64,000 nucleotides of DNA, taken from the NCBI GenBank assembly GCA_041665005.1, contig JBAYJR010000009.1, forward strand, positions 203 to 64,202, in the 5' to 3' direction. The notes below the pieces were generated by a model. It was not told the DNA's origin. It did not search any database and was given only the letters and a program-made list of their open reading frames with translations. Below are positions 9,834-19,394 of this stretch, one piece after another. This DNA is from Candidatus Buchananbacteria bacterium. Its GTDB lineage: Bacteria; Patescibacteriota; Patescibacteriia; 2-01-FULL-39-33; JBAYJR01. Numbering within the stretch: the stretch's first letter is position 1; each line of letters starts with the position of its first letter. The position numbers and the translations under genes were made by a program.

Positions 9834-10373
9834 ATGAAAAACAGATTAACAGATAAATACATTAAAGAAGTAGTGCCAGAATTAAAGAAATCTTTTGGCT
9901 ATACTAATAATTTGGCAGTACCAAGATTAGAAAAGGTAGTGTTGAATGTTGGTATTTCCTCTAAAAATGCTGATCCGAAGTTTTTAGAAAATGTGGAAAG
10001 CGGTTTGCAACGTATTTCTGGTCAAAAACCAGTGCGTACTTTGGCTCGGCTAGCAATTTCTAATTTTAAGATTAGACAAGGGCAGGTGGTGGGTTTAATG
10101 GTTACTTTGCGCGGTCAAAGAATGTATCAATTTGTTGATAAGTTGGTTTCAATCTCTTTACCTCGGGTTAGAGATTTTCGTGGTTTGGAAGCCAAAAGTT
10201 TAGATGATAAAGGAAATTTAAATATTGGTTTTAAAGAAAACTTAGCCTTTCCTGAAATTAAGGCCGACGAAATGGAGCGCACCTTTGGTTTAGAAGTAGC
10301 CATTAAAACTACAGCTAAAAACAAGGCAGAAGGCTTAGCTTTATTAAAGTTATTAGGATTTCCTATTAAGTAG
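9834..10373 (+). CDS. rplE: 50S ribosomal protein L5
   Basis: …PRLEKVVLNVG… …NLNIGFKE…FPEI… L5. Confidence 0.95.
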   Translation: MKNRLTDKYIKEVVPELKKSFGYTNNLAVPRLEKVVLNVGISSKNADPKFLENVESGLQRISGQKPVRTLARLAISNFKIRQGQVVGLMVTLRGQRMYQFVDKLVSISLPRVRDFRGLEAKSLDDKGNLNIGFKENLAFPEIKADEMERTFGLEVAIKTTAKNKAEGLALLKLLGFPIK

Positions 10374-10395
10374 TAAGTTATTTATATAAAGATTT

Positions 10396-10581
10396 ATGGC
10401 TACTAAAACTTGGGTGGTAAAATCACAGAAAAAACCAAAGTACTCTACTAGAATAGTAAGACGCTGTTGGCGTTGCGGTCGTAAAAATGGCTACATGAGA
10501 GATTTTGATTTATGTCGTATCTGTTTCCGCGAATTGGCCGATGGTGGGCAAGTACCAGGGATAAGGAAGAGTAGCTGGTAA
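10396..10581 (+). CDS. rpsN: 30S ribosomal protein S14, zinc-binding type Z
   Basis: 61 aa, …RCWRCGRKNGYMRDFDLCRICFRELA… S14-Z signature. Confidence 0.93.
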   Translation: MATKTWVVKSQKKPKYSTRIVRRCWRCGRKNGYMRDFDLCRICFRELADGGQVPGIRKSSW

Positions 10582-10612
10582 TTTATAAAATTATTAATTA
10601 ATTTATTTAAAT

Positions 10613-10999
10613 ATGACTGATCCAATTGCTGACATGCTTACCAGAATTAGAAATGCTCAGCTAGTAAAAAAGCGTGAGGTGATTTTACCTTTCTCTAAAG
10701 TTAAATTAAACATTGCTCAGCTATTAGTACGCGAAGGATTTTTAACTTTGGCTGAAAAAGTAGATAATGGTTTTGGCGAAATTAAACTAGGCTTAGGTTA
10801 TACGGAAAACGAACCGATTATTCGCAGTTTAAAAAGAATTTCTACGCCTGGTCGCCGAGTTTATGTTACCAAGGAAGAATTACCAAATGTTTTGGGTGGT
10901 CAAGGTTTAGCGGTTATCTCTACTTCACAAGGTTTGATGACAAATAGAGAAGCTAAGAAAAAAGGTTTGGGTGGAGAATTAATTTGTGAAATTTATTAA
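10613..10999 (+). CDS. rpsH: 30S ribosomal protein S8
   Basis: MTDPIADMLTRIRNA… S8. Confidence 0.95.
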   Translation: MTDPIADMLTRIRNAQLVKKREVILPFSKVKLNIAQLLVREGFLTLAEKVDNGFGEIKLGLGYTENEPIIRSLKRISTPGRRVYVTKEELPNVLGGQGLAVISTSQGLMTNREAKKKGLGGELICEIY

Positions 11000-11005
11000 A
11001 ATTAT

Positions 11006-11557
11006 ATGAGTCGTATTGGCAAAAAAATCATTACTTTACCAGCTGGCGTTACCGCTAATTTGCTTGGTCAAGAATTAAAGTTTAAAGGCCCTAAAGGGGA
11101 ACTATTTTTAATGTTACACCCCGATATTAAGGTTAATTTAACTGATAAAGAAATCACCACTAGCGTGTTAGCAGCGGGAGAAAAAAAGCAAAGAGCTTTG
11201 TGGGGTTTGTTTGGCAGTTTAATTAACAATGCAGTAATTGGGGTTAGTAAGGGATATGAAAAGAAATTAGAAATAAACGGCATTGGTTATAAGGCACAAT
11301 TAGCTGGCAATAAAATGATTTTAAATTTAGGTTTCTCTCATCCTGTGGAATTTATGTTGCCGGCGGGTTTGGTAGCATTGGTTGAAAAGAATATCATTAC
11401 TTTAACTAGTCCCGATAAAGATTTACTGGGTCAGACCGCGGCTAATATCAGAGCTTTAAAAAAACCAGAGCCTTACAAAGGTAAAGGTATTAAATATGCC
11501 GATGAAATTTTACGTAAAAAGGCGGGTAAAGCGGCTAAGGCGGTTGGTGCTAAATAA
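11006..11557 (+). CDS. rplF: 50S ribosomal protein L6
   Basis: MSRIGKKIITLPAGVT… two L6 repeats. Confidence 0.95.
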   Translation: MSRIGKKIITLPAGVTANLLGQELKFKGPKGELFLMLHPDIKVNLTDKEITTSVLAAGEKKQRALWGLFGSLINNAVIGVSKGYEKKLEINGIGYKAQLAGNKMILNLGFSHPVEFMLPAGLVALVEKNIITLTSPDKDLLGQTAANIRALKKPEPYKGKGIKYADEILRKKAGKAAKAVGAK

Positions 11558-11579
11558 TTTTTCAAACTAATTCATCTTT

Positions 11580-11939
11580 ATGAGTAAAATAGCAAAAAAG
11601 AAACAAGTAAACAAAAATAGACGTCACCGTCGGGTGAGGGCGAAGATTTCTGGTACGGTTGTTCGACCACGATTGGCAGTTTATCGTAGTTTACAGCATA
11701 TTTACACCCAATTAATTGATGATGAACAGGGTAAAACTTTGGTCGCTGCTTCGGATTTAGAAATTAAAGATAAAAAAATTAAAAAAACCGAAAAAGCCAC
11801 CAAAGTTGGGGAATTGATCGCCAAAAAAGCCGCGGCTAAAGAAATAACTCAGGCAGTTTTTGACCGAGGTGGTTCCAAGTATCACGGTCGGGTTAAGGCA
11901 GTAGCCGAAGCGGCCCGAGCAGCGGGGCTAAAGATTTAA
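11580..11939 (+). CDS. rplR: 50S ribosomal protein L18
   Basis: …[30 protein letters not shown]… L18. Confidence 0.93.
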   Translation: MSKIAKKKQVNKNRRHRRVRAKISGTVVRPRLAVYRSLQHIYTQLIDDEQGKTLVAASDLEIKDKKIKKTEKATKVGELIAKKAAAKEITQAVFDRGGSKYHGRVKAVAEAARAAGLKI

Positions 11940-11962
11940 TTATCCAAAATTATTAATATTTT

Positions 11963-12493
11963 ATGATTAACCAAGTTAAAGAAAAAGTTAAAGAACAATC
12001 AGAAAAAGAAAAAGGCAGACTGGAAACCGAAGACACGCGGGCGGCTAAAGAATTTGAGCAAAAGATTGTTGATCTAGCCAGGGTCACTCGTGTGATGGCC
12101 GGTGGTAAGCGTTTGCGTTTTCGTGCTTGTGTTTTAATTGGTAATCATCAAGGTAAGGTTGGCATGGGTCTAGCTAAAGGTGCTGATGTTACTTTGGCGG
12201 TGAATAAAGCGGTTAATCAAGCTGAAAAATCTTTATTAACGGTGGCAATGGTTAGAGAAACTATTCCTCATGAAGTAACCGAAAAATATGGAGCCGCTAA
12301 AATATTAATTAAGCCGGCTCCTAAAGGTACTGGTATTATTGCTGGTGGTGCTGCTCGTCAAGTTTTAGAATTAGCCGGCGTGCCAAATATTGTAGCTAAG
12401 ATTTTGGGTAGTAATAATAAAATTAATAATGTTAGAGCTACTTTGTTAGCTTTGAGCAAGTTGAAATTGTCTAAAAAATCGTCTAAAAAGTAA
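11963..12493 (+). CDS. rpsE: 30S ribosomal protein S5
   Basis: …VTRVMAGGKRLRFRA.V..GN..G.VG.G… S5; immediately followed by rplO with no L30 gene. Confidence 0.95.
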   Translation: MINQVKEKVKEQSEKEKGRLETEDTRAAKEFEQKIVDLARVTRVMAGGKRLRFRACVLIGNHQGKVGMGLAKGADVTLAVNKAVNQAEKSLLTVAMVRETIPHEVTEKYGAAKILIKPAPKGTGIIAGGAARQVLELAGVPNIVAKILGSNNKINNVRATLLALSKLKLSKKSSKK

Positions 12494-12502
12494 TTTTAAT
12501 TT

Positions 12503-12949
12503 ATGTTAACTTTAACTAATTTAAAACCAGCGGTGGGTGCTAAAAAGAAAAGTCAGCGAGTTGGTCGTGGTAATGCTGGCAGTGGTACTTATTCTGGTCG
12601 TGGTCAAAAAGGTCAACGAGCAAGATCTGGTGGCCGAGGCGGTTTAAAGATGTTGGGCTTGAAACAGATTGTTCGACGGATTCCTAAGCAACGCGGCTTT
12701 AAGAGTATTTATGAAAAGCCCTCAGTAGTTAATCTGCAGGATTTAGAAAATAATTTTGCCGACGGCGAAACTGTCACCGCTAAGAAAATTTTAGAGGTCG
12801 GTTTAGTGAAAAAGATTAAATGGGGCGTAAAAATTTTAGGTAAGGGCAAAATAACTAAAGCTTTGAAAGTAAAAGCGGTGAGTTATTCAGTTAGCGCTAA
12901 AGAGGCAATTGTCAAAGCAGGCGGCCAGGCACAAATTAGTAAAAACTAA
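12503..12949 (+). CDS. rplO: 50S ribosomal protein L15
   Basis: MLTLTNLKPAVGAKKKSQRVGRGNAGSGTYSGRGQKGQ… L15. Confidence 0.93.
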   Translation: MLTLTNLKPAVGAKKKSQRVGRGNAGSGTYSGRGQKGQRARSGGRGGLKMLGLKQIVRRIPKQRGFKSIYEKPSVVNLQDLENNFADGETVTAKKILEVGLVKKIKWGVKILGKGKITKALKVKAVSYSVSAKEAIVKAGGQAQISKN

Positions 12950-12957
12950 ACAGCTTT

Positions 12958-14235
12958 ATGTTTTGGGAAAAACTATCACAACTTTGGAAAATTAGAGATT
13001 TGCGCAACAACATTTTAGCCGTGGTTGGTTTGTTAGTAGTTTTTCGGATTGCAGCTCACGTACCAATTCCGGGAGTAGATGCTACGGCTTTACGGAATTT
13101 TTTTAGTTCCAATCAAATTTTAGGCTTGATGAATGTTTTTTCTGGTGGTGGCATGGAAAATTTTTCAGTTGTGATGTTAGGCGTTGGCCCATATATTACT
13201 GCTTCCATTATTTTTCAGTTGTTAGCTATGATTGTTCCTAAATTAGAAGAATTATCTAAAGAAGGAGAATATGGTCGGCAAAAGATTAATATGTATACAC
13301 GTTGGCTAGCGGTACCTTTAGCAGTATTGCAGGCTTATGGCATGATTATAATGTTAAGACAGTCTTCGGCTCAGATTGTTACCAGTTTAGAGCCTTTTAG
13401 ATTAATTACTACAATAGTGGTAGTAACAGCTGGTACGATATTCTTAATGTGGTTGGGTGAATTGATTTCGGAAAAACATATTGGTAATGGTATTTCTTTG
13501 TTAATTTTCGTTGGCATTGTTACGCGAATCCCTACGGCCATACGCAATGTTTTTAGTACTTATGATCCCGCTCAAATTTTTAACCTAGTTATTTTTGCAG
13601 TAGTCGCTGTCGTTACTATTGTGGGTGTAGTTTATATTACAGAAGCCCAACGGAATATCCCGGTTTCTTATGCTAGACGAGTGCGCGGTAACCGGATGTA
13701 TGGTGGGGTTAATACTTATTTGCCTTTAAGAGTTAATATGGCCGGGGTAATCCCAATTATTTTTGCTATTTCTTTAATTTTATTTCCACCAATGGTAGCG
13801 CAATTCTTTTTGCGAGTTAAGACTGCCTGGGTGGCTGGTGCTGCTCAATGGGTGATTGCTATGTTTAACAATCAGTGGTTTTACGGCATCATGTATTTTG
13901 TGCTAGTCTTTGGCTTTACCTATTTTTATACGGCTGTTATTTTTCATCCACAGCAAGTGGCCGAAAATTTGCAAAAAGCAGGGGGATTCATTCCAGGTAT
14001 TAGACCAGGTTTTTCAACAGTTGAATATTTACAAAAAACCACCAGTCGTATTTTGTTAATTGGAGCCTTGTTTCTAGCTACTATTGCCGTGTTACCCATG
14101 GCTTTGCAGCCCTTAACTGGTACCAAGGCTTTAACTATTGGTGGCACTAGTATTTTAATTGCGGTTTCAGTAGTAATTGAAACAGTTAAACAAATTAATG
14201 CGCAATTAACCATGCGTGACTACGAAGAATTATAA
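12958..14235 (+). CDS. secY: Preprotein translocase subunit SecY
   Basis: 10-TM protein in the canonical position after rplO; …LGVGPYITASIIFQLL… …GNGISLLIF… SecY motifs. Confidence 0.95.
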   Translation: MFWEKLSQLWKIRDLRNNILAVVGLLVVFRIAAHVPIPGVDATALRNFFSSNQILGLMNVFSGGGMENFSVVMLGVGPYITASIIFQLLAMIVPKLEELSKEGEYGRQKINMYTRWLAVPLAVLQAYGMIIMLRQSSAQIVTSLEPFRLITTIVVVTAGTIFLMWLGELISEKHIGNGISLLIFVGIVTRIPTAIRNVFSTYDPAQIFNLVIFAVVAVVTIVGVVYITEAQRNIPVSYARRVRGNRMYGGVNTYLPLRVNMAGVIPIIFAISLILFPPMVAQFFLRVKTAWVAGAAQWVIAMFNNQWFYGIMYFVLVFGFTYFYTAVIFHPQQVAENLQKAGGFIPGIRPGFSTVEYLQKTTSRILLIGALFLATIAVLPMALQPLTGTKALTIGGTSILIAVSVVIETVKQINAQLTMRDYEEL

Positions 14236-14257
14236 TTATTTTTTTAGCCTTAGACCA

Positions 14258-14289
14258 AAGATGCCAAGCCGGCATCTTTTTGCTATAAT
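14258..14289 (+). terminator. Intrinsic terminator after secY (stem AAGATGCC/GGCATCTT, loop AAGCC, T-run) fused to extended -10 TGcTATAAT (14281-14289)
   Basis: 8-bp perfect stem followed by TTTTT directly abutting TGCTATAAT; adk ATG 34 nt downstream. Confidence 0.7.
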
Positions 14290-14322
14290 ATAACTAAGTT
14301 AAATTCCTAAATTTTATTTTTT

Positions 14323-14991
14323 ATGCCTAAGAAAAAAGCTAAACGGCCATTTAATGTGTCTATAATCGGTCCGCCTTTATCGGGTAAAGGTACACAAGCG
14401 GATAAATTAACTGAGGTTTTGCAATTACCACATTTAGTGATGAGTCAGCTATTAAAAGCAGCCGCCAAAAAAGGTGATAAGGAGAGTAAAATTATTCAAG
14501 AAACTATGGCACGCGGTGAATTGGTTCCTTCTAGTATCCAGTTTAGAGTTTTACGTGATGGCATCACGCATAAAAATGTTAGTCAAGGATTTATTATTGA
14601 AGGCGTGCCACGTCGTTACCAAGAGGCGTTATATTTTAATTCATTAGTTGATGTTGATTTTTTAATTCACATTGCTTTACCGGTTAAAGAATTAATTAAG
14701 CGGGCTAGCGGTCGCAGGCAATGCAGTTGTGGGGCGACTTATAGTTTGGTTTACAAACCGCCTAAAAAAGCCGGTCTTTGTGATTTATGTGGTCAAAAAT
14801 TATTTATTCGGCCGGATGATAAACCGGCAGTGATTAAACGTCGAATGGTTTTTTATAATAAAGAAATTAAAGGCATCGCTAAACTTTATCAGAAGGAAAA
14901 TAAGTTTATAGAAATTAATGGAGCCCAAAGTATTGAGCAGGTGTTTCAAGAAATTTTGCGTAAGATAATTTATTTTTTGCAAAATCAATAA
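14323..14991 (+). CDS. adk: Adenylate kinase (with Cys4 zinc lid)
   Basis: …IIGPPLSGKGTQA… P-loop; lid …CSCGATY…CDLCG…; canonical position after secY. Confidence 0.8.
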   Translation: MPKKKAKRPFNVSIIGPPLSGKGTQADKLTEVLQLPHLVMSQLLKAAAKKGDKESKIIQETMARGELVPSSIQFRVLRDGITHKNVSQGFIIEGVPRRYQEALYFNSLVDVDFLIHIALPVKELIKRASGRRQCSCGATYSLVYKPPKKAGLCDLCGQKLFIRPDDKPAVIKRRMVFYNKEIKGIAKLYQKENKFIEINGAQSIEQVFQEILRKIIYFLQNQ

Positions 14992-14992
14992 T

Positions 14993-15778
14993 ATGATTAT
15001 TATTAAGACTCCAGCCGAGATTGCTTTAATGAAACAAGGGGGCAAAATTTTGGCTGATATTTTAGACCAAGTAGCTAAGACGGTTAAGCCTGGAGTCACT
15101 ACCCAACAACTAGATGAGTTAGCCGAAGATTTAATTTTAAAAGCTGGGGGTAGACCAGCTTTTAAAAATTACCAGGTTTTTGGTGACGAACCACCTTTTC
15201 CTACTACTTTATGTACTTCTATAAATCAAGAAATTGTTCATGGGCCAGCGAGGCCGGCTAGGGTGTTACTTTTGGGGGATATTATTAGTTTAGATATTGG
15301 GATGGAATATCCCTATACTGGTGTTAAATCGGGTTTATACACTGATATGGCCACCACGGTAGCGGTGGGCAAAATTTCTGCCTTGGCGCGTAAGTTGTTA
15401 AAGGTTACTAAGGAGTCGTTGTTTTTAGGATTAGCTCAGATTAGGCCTGGTCAACAAATTAAGGATATTTCTTTGGCGATTCAACAGTATGTTGAAAGTC
15501 AAGGTTTTAATGTGGTTAGAGATTTAGTCGGCCACGGGGTTGGTCAAAAAATTCACGAAGAACCAAGTATTCCTAATTTTTTTCAGGCTAATCATCCAGA
15601 GATTAAACTAAAGCCGGGCATGACTTTGGCGATTGAACCAATGGTAGTGACCGGAAAGTATCATACTAAGACTTTAGCTGATGGTTGGACGACAGTGGCT
15701 CTTGATGGAGGTTTGGCCGCTCATTATGAACATACCATTGTCGTAACCAATGATGGTTATGAAATTATTACCAAATAA
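14993..15778 (+). CDS. map: Methionine aminopeptidase type I
   Basis: MIIIKTPAEIALMKQGGKIL… …HGVGQKIHE… …LAIEPM… MetAP metal ligands. Confidence 0.93.
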   Translation: MIIIKTPAEIALMKQGGKILADILDQVAKTVKPGVTTQQLDELAEDLILKAGGRPAFKNYQVFGDEPPFPTTLCTSINQEIVHGPARPARVLLLGDIISLDIGMEYPYTGVKSGLYTDMATTVAVGKISALARKLLKVTKESLFLGLAQIRPGQQIKDISLAIQQYVESQGFNVVRDLVGHGVGQKIHEEPSIPNFFQANHPEIKLKPGMTLAIEPMVVTGKYHTKTLADGWTTVALDGGLAAHYEHTIVVTNDGYEIITK

Positions 15779-15787
15779 TTTTTAATT

Positions 15788-16180
15788 ATGTCTTTTTTAG
15801 GTATTGATTACGGCGAAAAAAAGGTTGGCTTAGCTCTGGCCGAAGATGGTAGATTGGCTTTGCCTTTATTGATTTTAAACAATGTTAGCGACAAAGTATT
15901 GATTACAGAACTTTTGACAGTAATTCATCGTTATAAAATTAAAACTATTGTTTTGGGCTATCCTTTGTCTTTAGCTGGTCAAGCAACAGTTCAGACTCAG
16001 AAAGTATTAGCTTTTAAACAGCGATTAGCTAATTTTTTTAAGTCGGAAATAATTTTAGCGGACGAAAGATTTTCCTCTAAAATAATTAAATCTGCCCAGC
16101 GCGGTTTACGAGTTCGTCATCACGATGATGCGGCCGCCGCCGCGGTAATTTTACAAAGTTATTTAGATCGTTTGCGATAA
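15788..16180 (+). CDS. ruvX: Putative pre-16S rRNA nuclease / Holliday-junction resolvase-like YqgF
   Basis: MSFLGIDYGEKKVGLALAE… RNase H-fold YqgF signature, 130 aa. Confidence 0.85.
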   Translation: MSFLGIDYGEKKVGLALAEDGRLALPLLILNNVSDKVLITELLTVIHRYKIKTIVLGYPLSLAGQATVQTQKVLAFKQRLANFFKSEIILADERFSSKIIKSAQRGLRVRHHDDAAAAAVILQSYLDRLR

Positions 16181-16182
16181 TT

Positions 16183-16926
16183 ATGCACTATTTAAAAACG
16201 GAAGCGATTATTTTGTCTAAAAAAATTCGGGGTGAATTTGGGGTAGTAATAAATTTTTATACCCCCGGCCACGGCAAACTAGAAGGCGTCGTCTCGGGCG
16301 CCAAAAAGATTTCTAGTAAATTAAACGCTCATTGTGAGCCACTAAGTTTAAGTGAATTAATGCTGGCTCGGGGGGTTAGCGCTTGGCGTGTAGCCGGAGC
16401 AGTGACTTTGCAAAATTTTGAACCAGTAAATAAATCCTTTGAGCAAATTTTTGCCGCTCAATATTTAGCTCAGTTAACAAACAGCTTACTTGACAAGGAG
16501 CAACCAGAAAAGCAAATTTATTTTTTGTTAAAAAAAACTTTGGAGCTTTTGGCTAAGCAAGTTAAAACCGAAAAAGTTTTGTTATTGGTAGCGGCCTACT
16601 TGTTAAAATTAGTTGCGATGTTAGGTTATCAGCCAAATTTGAAGACCTGTTTAAGGTGTCAAAAAAATTTACCAGCCCAAAAGAATATTTTAGAGTTGTT
16701 AGCGGGGGGATTTTATTGTCCCACTTGTGTTAAGTTGGATAAAAAGGTAAGTTATAAAAGAGTTAATCCGGCAGTAATTAAAGTTTGGCGAGTTTTGTTG
16801 CAAGATGATTTAGAAAAAGCTTTACGGTTGCACTTAAGTTTAACCCAGGTCAGGACCATTTTTTCTTTGATTACAGAATTTAGTCAAATACATAGTCAAA
16901 AATCAATTAATTTTTTGTGGTTGTAG
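16183..16926 (+). CDS. recO: DNA repair protein RecO
   Basis: N-terminal OB-fold region …AIILSKKIRGE…; C-terminal CxxC…CPTC zinc motif; 247 aa. Confidence 0.78.
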   Translation: MHYLKTEAIILSKKIRGEFGVVINFYTPGHGKLEGVVSGAKKISSKLNAHCEPLSLSELMLARGVSAWRVAGAVTLQNFEPVNKSFEQIFAAQYLAQLTNSLLDKEQPEKQIYFLLKKTLELLAKQVKTEKVLLLVAAYLLKLVAMLGYQPNLKTCLRCQKNLPAQKNILELLAGGFYCPTCVKLDKKVSYKRVNPAVIKVWRVLLQDDLEKALRLHLSLTQVRTIFSLITEFSQIHSQKSINFLWL

Positions 16927-16970
16927 GTAATTTAGGTAATTTTTTGGCTTAAATAAGCTATTTTATTGAG

Positions 16971-16999
16971 TTGATAATTTTTCAAAAATAAGTTATAAT
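16971..16999 (+). promoter_or_regulatory. Sigma70-type promoter for aspS: TTGATA(16971-16976)-N17-TATAAT(16994-16999)
   Basis: Near-consensus hexamers with 17-nt spacing in the AT-rich 115-bp spacer before aspS. Confidence 0.55.
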
Positions 17000-17041
17000 A
17001 AAAATAAGTTAAAGCTTATTTTTTTAAATAAATTTGTTTAT

Positions 17042-18433
17042 ATGAGTAAAATTGATATTGTTAGCACTATTGGCAAGGTTGGAGAAAAGATCGAGGTTGA
17101 AGGGTGGGTACATTCTCGTCGCGATCATGGCAAAATTTTATTTATAGATTTACGTGATCGGAGTGGTTTGTTGCAAGTAGTTTTTTTACCTCAAAACTCA
17201 GTCTGTTATGAAACAGCTCAAAAATTGCGACCAGAGTTTGTAGTTAAAATAACTGGTCAAATTAATGAGCGGCCAGCTAAGTTAGTTAATGAAAAAATTC
17301 CGACTGGTAAAATAGAAATGTTAGCTGAGAGTTTAGAAATTTTAAATGAAGCCAAGACCCCACCTTTTGAATTAGATAAAGACACCAAGGTAGTTTCTGA
17401 AGAACTTAGATTAAAATATCGTTATTTGGATTTACGTAGCGAGCGGATGAAAAATAATGTGGTATTGCGTCATCATATTGTAACGACGATGCGCGAATAT
17501 TTAAATAAGCATAATTTTTTAGAAATTGAAACCCCTTATATTACCAAAGGTACACCCGAGGGCGCGCGTGAATTTATTGTGCCCGCTCGTTTGTATCCGG
17601 GACAATTTTATGTTTTGCCACAGTCGCCGCAGCAGTTTAAACAGCTATTGATGGTCTCGGGGATGGAAAAATATTATCAGGTTGCTCGGTGTTTTCGTGA
17701 TGAAGACCAGCGCGGTGATCGTCAAGCAGAATTTACGCAGTTGGATATTGAAATGAGTTTTATTGAACAAGAAGATATTTTGCAGTTGATTGAAAAGATG
17801 TTAATTGAGCTAGTAAAAAAAGTGACCCCGCATAAAAAAATTCAACAAACGCCTTTTCCGCGCTTAACTTACGCCGAAGCGATTAGACAGTATAATTCTG
17901 ATAAGCCAGACTTAAGAAAAGATAAAAGTGACCAGGAGGAATTAGCTTTTTGCTGGGTGATTGATATGCCACTGTTTGAATATTCCGAAACCGAAAAAAA
18001 ATTGGTCTCCGTACATCATCCTTTTACTTCACCAAATTTAGATGATTTGCACTATTTACAAACCAAACCCGAAGAAGCGCGAGCCTATGCTTACGATGTG
18101 ATTTTAAATGGTTATGAATTAGGCGGTGGTTCAATTAGAATTCATCAACGGGACCTGCAAAATAAAATTTTTGAGTTGTTAGGCTTAACGGCCGAAGAAA
18201 TTCAGTCGCGGTTTGGTCATTTATTAGAAGCGTTTGAATATGGCGCGCCACCACATGGGGGAATCGCTTTGGGGTTAGAGCGTTTAGTGATGTTATTAGC
18301 CGATGAACCAAATATTCGTGAAGTAATGGCTTTTCCTAAAACTGGGGATAATCGCGATTTAATGATGGGTGCCCCGTCGTCGTTGCTTGATAAGACTTTG
18401 AAAGAGGCTCACGTTAAGGTGGACCAGAAATAA
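17042..18433 (+). CDS. aspS: Aspartyl-tRNA synthetase (short form, 463 aa, no GAD insertion)
   Basis: N-terminal OB anticodon-binding; class II motifs …FRDEDQRGDRQAEFTQLDIEMSF…, …GGGSIRIH…, …PPHGGIALGLERLVMLL…. Confidence 0.93.
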   Translation: MSKIDIVSTIGKVGEKIEVEGWVHSRRDHGKILFIDLRDRSGLLQVVFLPQNSVCYETAQKLRPEFVVKITGQINERPAKLVNEKIPTGKIEMLAESLEILNEAKTPPFELDKDTKVVSEELRLKYRYLDLRSERMKNNVVLRHHIVTTMREYLNKHNFLEIETPYITKGTPEGAREFIVPARLYPGQFYVLPQSPQQFKQLLMVSGMEKYYQVARCFRDEDQRGDRQAEFTQLDIEMSFIEQEDILQLIEKMLIELVKKVTPHKKIQQTPFPRLTYAEAIRQYNSDKPDLRKDKSDQEELAFCWVIDMPLFEYSETEKKLVSVHHPFTSPNLDDLHYLQTKPEEARAYAYDVILNGYELGGGSIRIHQRDLQNKIFELLGLTAEEIQSRFGHLLEAFEYGAPPHGGIALGLERLVMLLADEPNIREVMAFPKTGDNRDLMMGAPSSLLDKTLKEAHVKVDQK

Positions 18434-18541
18434 TTTAAAGTTTAAAGGTTAAAAATAAAAATTATAAAGTGTCGCTTGGGCGGCACGGAATAATTTTACT
18501 TTAATTCTACAGTTTGATATTTGTACTTTGCATTAACTATT

Positions 18542-18856
18542 ATGATAATTTCCCGACTTCAAAAGTATATTCTGTTACAAAGTTTGGGCAGTAAGAAGAA
18601 TATTGACCGTAAATTTTTTCGTCGCTATTATGAATCAGTTAAAATTAGACCAGGTAGTAATAATTTAGCAAAGATCATTACCCAAAGCACCGAAAGGTTG
18701 ATAGATAAAGGCTTAATGATTGGTTTTGGTCGGCGGACGCCACATAAATGGTTTATCACTGAAACTAAGTTAACAATTAAAGGTAGAAAACTAGCTAAAA
18801 AGTTATTAGGGGAGCAGCAGGAACTACCTTTTTGTGTAAAATTTAAGAAAAAATAA
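18542..18856 (+). CDS. Hypothetical basic protein (possible small nucleic-acid-binding protein)
   Basis: ORF 18521-18856 in the track; ATG 18542 (MIISRLQKY…) preferred; promoter-like TTGATA(18514-18519)-N18-TATTAT overlaps the start so the true start is uncertain. Confidence 0.4.
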   Translation: MIISRLQKYILLQSLGSKKNIDRKFFRRYYESVKIRPGSNNLAKIITQSTERLIDKGLMIGFGRRTPHKWFITETKLTIKGRKLAKKLLGEQQELPFCVKFKKK

Positions 18857-18890
18857 TTTTTTACTTTATTAATTTTTTAATCAAAATATT

Positions 18891-19394
18891 ATGATTTCCA
18901 AAAAAGTCCTCAGTTATTTAGATAAAAATAAAATTAAGTACGAAAAATTATTACACAAAACCGTATATACGGCCTATGATTTAGCTAAAACCTTAAAAGA
19001 GGAATTGAAAAAAGTGGCCAAAACTTTATTAGTTAAAGTTGACGGTCGCTATGTGTTAGTGGTAATGCCGGCTCACTATCGTTTAGATTTGACTAAAGCC
19101 AAGAAGGCATTTAAAGCCAAAAAGATTGAATTAGTGCCAGAAAAAGTTATGTTAAAAGTGTTAAAAATTAAACCCGGTAAAATGACAGCCTTCGGTAAAT
19201 TACATAAATTAGAAACCTGGGTGGATAAAAGTTTAACCAAAACCGAAAAGGCTATTATCAGTGCTGGCAGTTTTACCGAAAGTTTGCGTTTAAAAGTTAA
19301 AGATTTTGTCAAATTAGAAGAAGCACGTTTAGCCCAATTGGCCGAAGTAGTTAAATTAGTCGCCAAAACTAAGAAAAAGAAGAAGTTGGCATGA
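18891..19394 (+). CDS. YbaK/ProX-like aminoacyl-tRNA deacylase with lysine-rich C-terminal tail
   Basis: Collinear with E. coli YbaK: …LDKNKIKYEKLLH…, …KTLLVKVDGRYVLVVMPAHYRLDLTKAKKAF…, …GKMTAFG…. Confidence 0.7.
   Translation: MISKKVLSYLDKNKIKYEKLLHKTVYTAYDLAKTLKEELKKVAKTLLVKVDGRYVLVVMPAHYRLDLTKAKKAFKAKKIELVPEKVMLKVLKIKPGKMTAFGKLHKLETWVDKSLTKTEKAIISAGSFTESLRLKVKDFVKLEEARLAQLAEVVKLVAKTKKKKKLA

Noticed and set aside
13944-14213. Minus-strand 89-aa ORF within secY
   Set aside because: Antisense shadow ORF of a conserved membrane protein gene.
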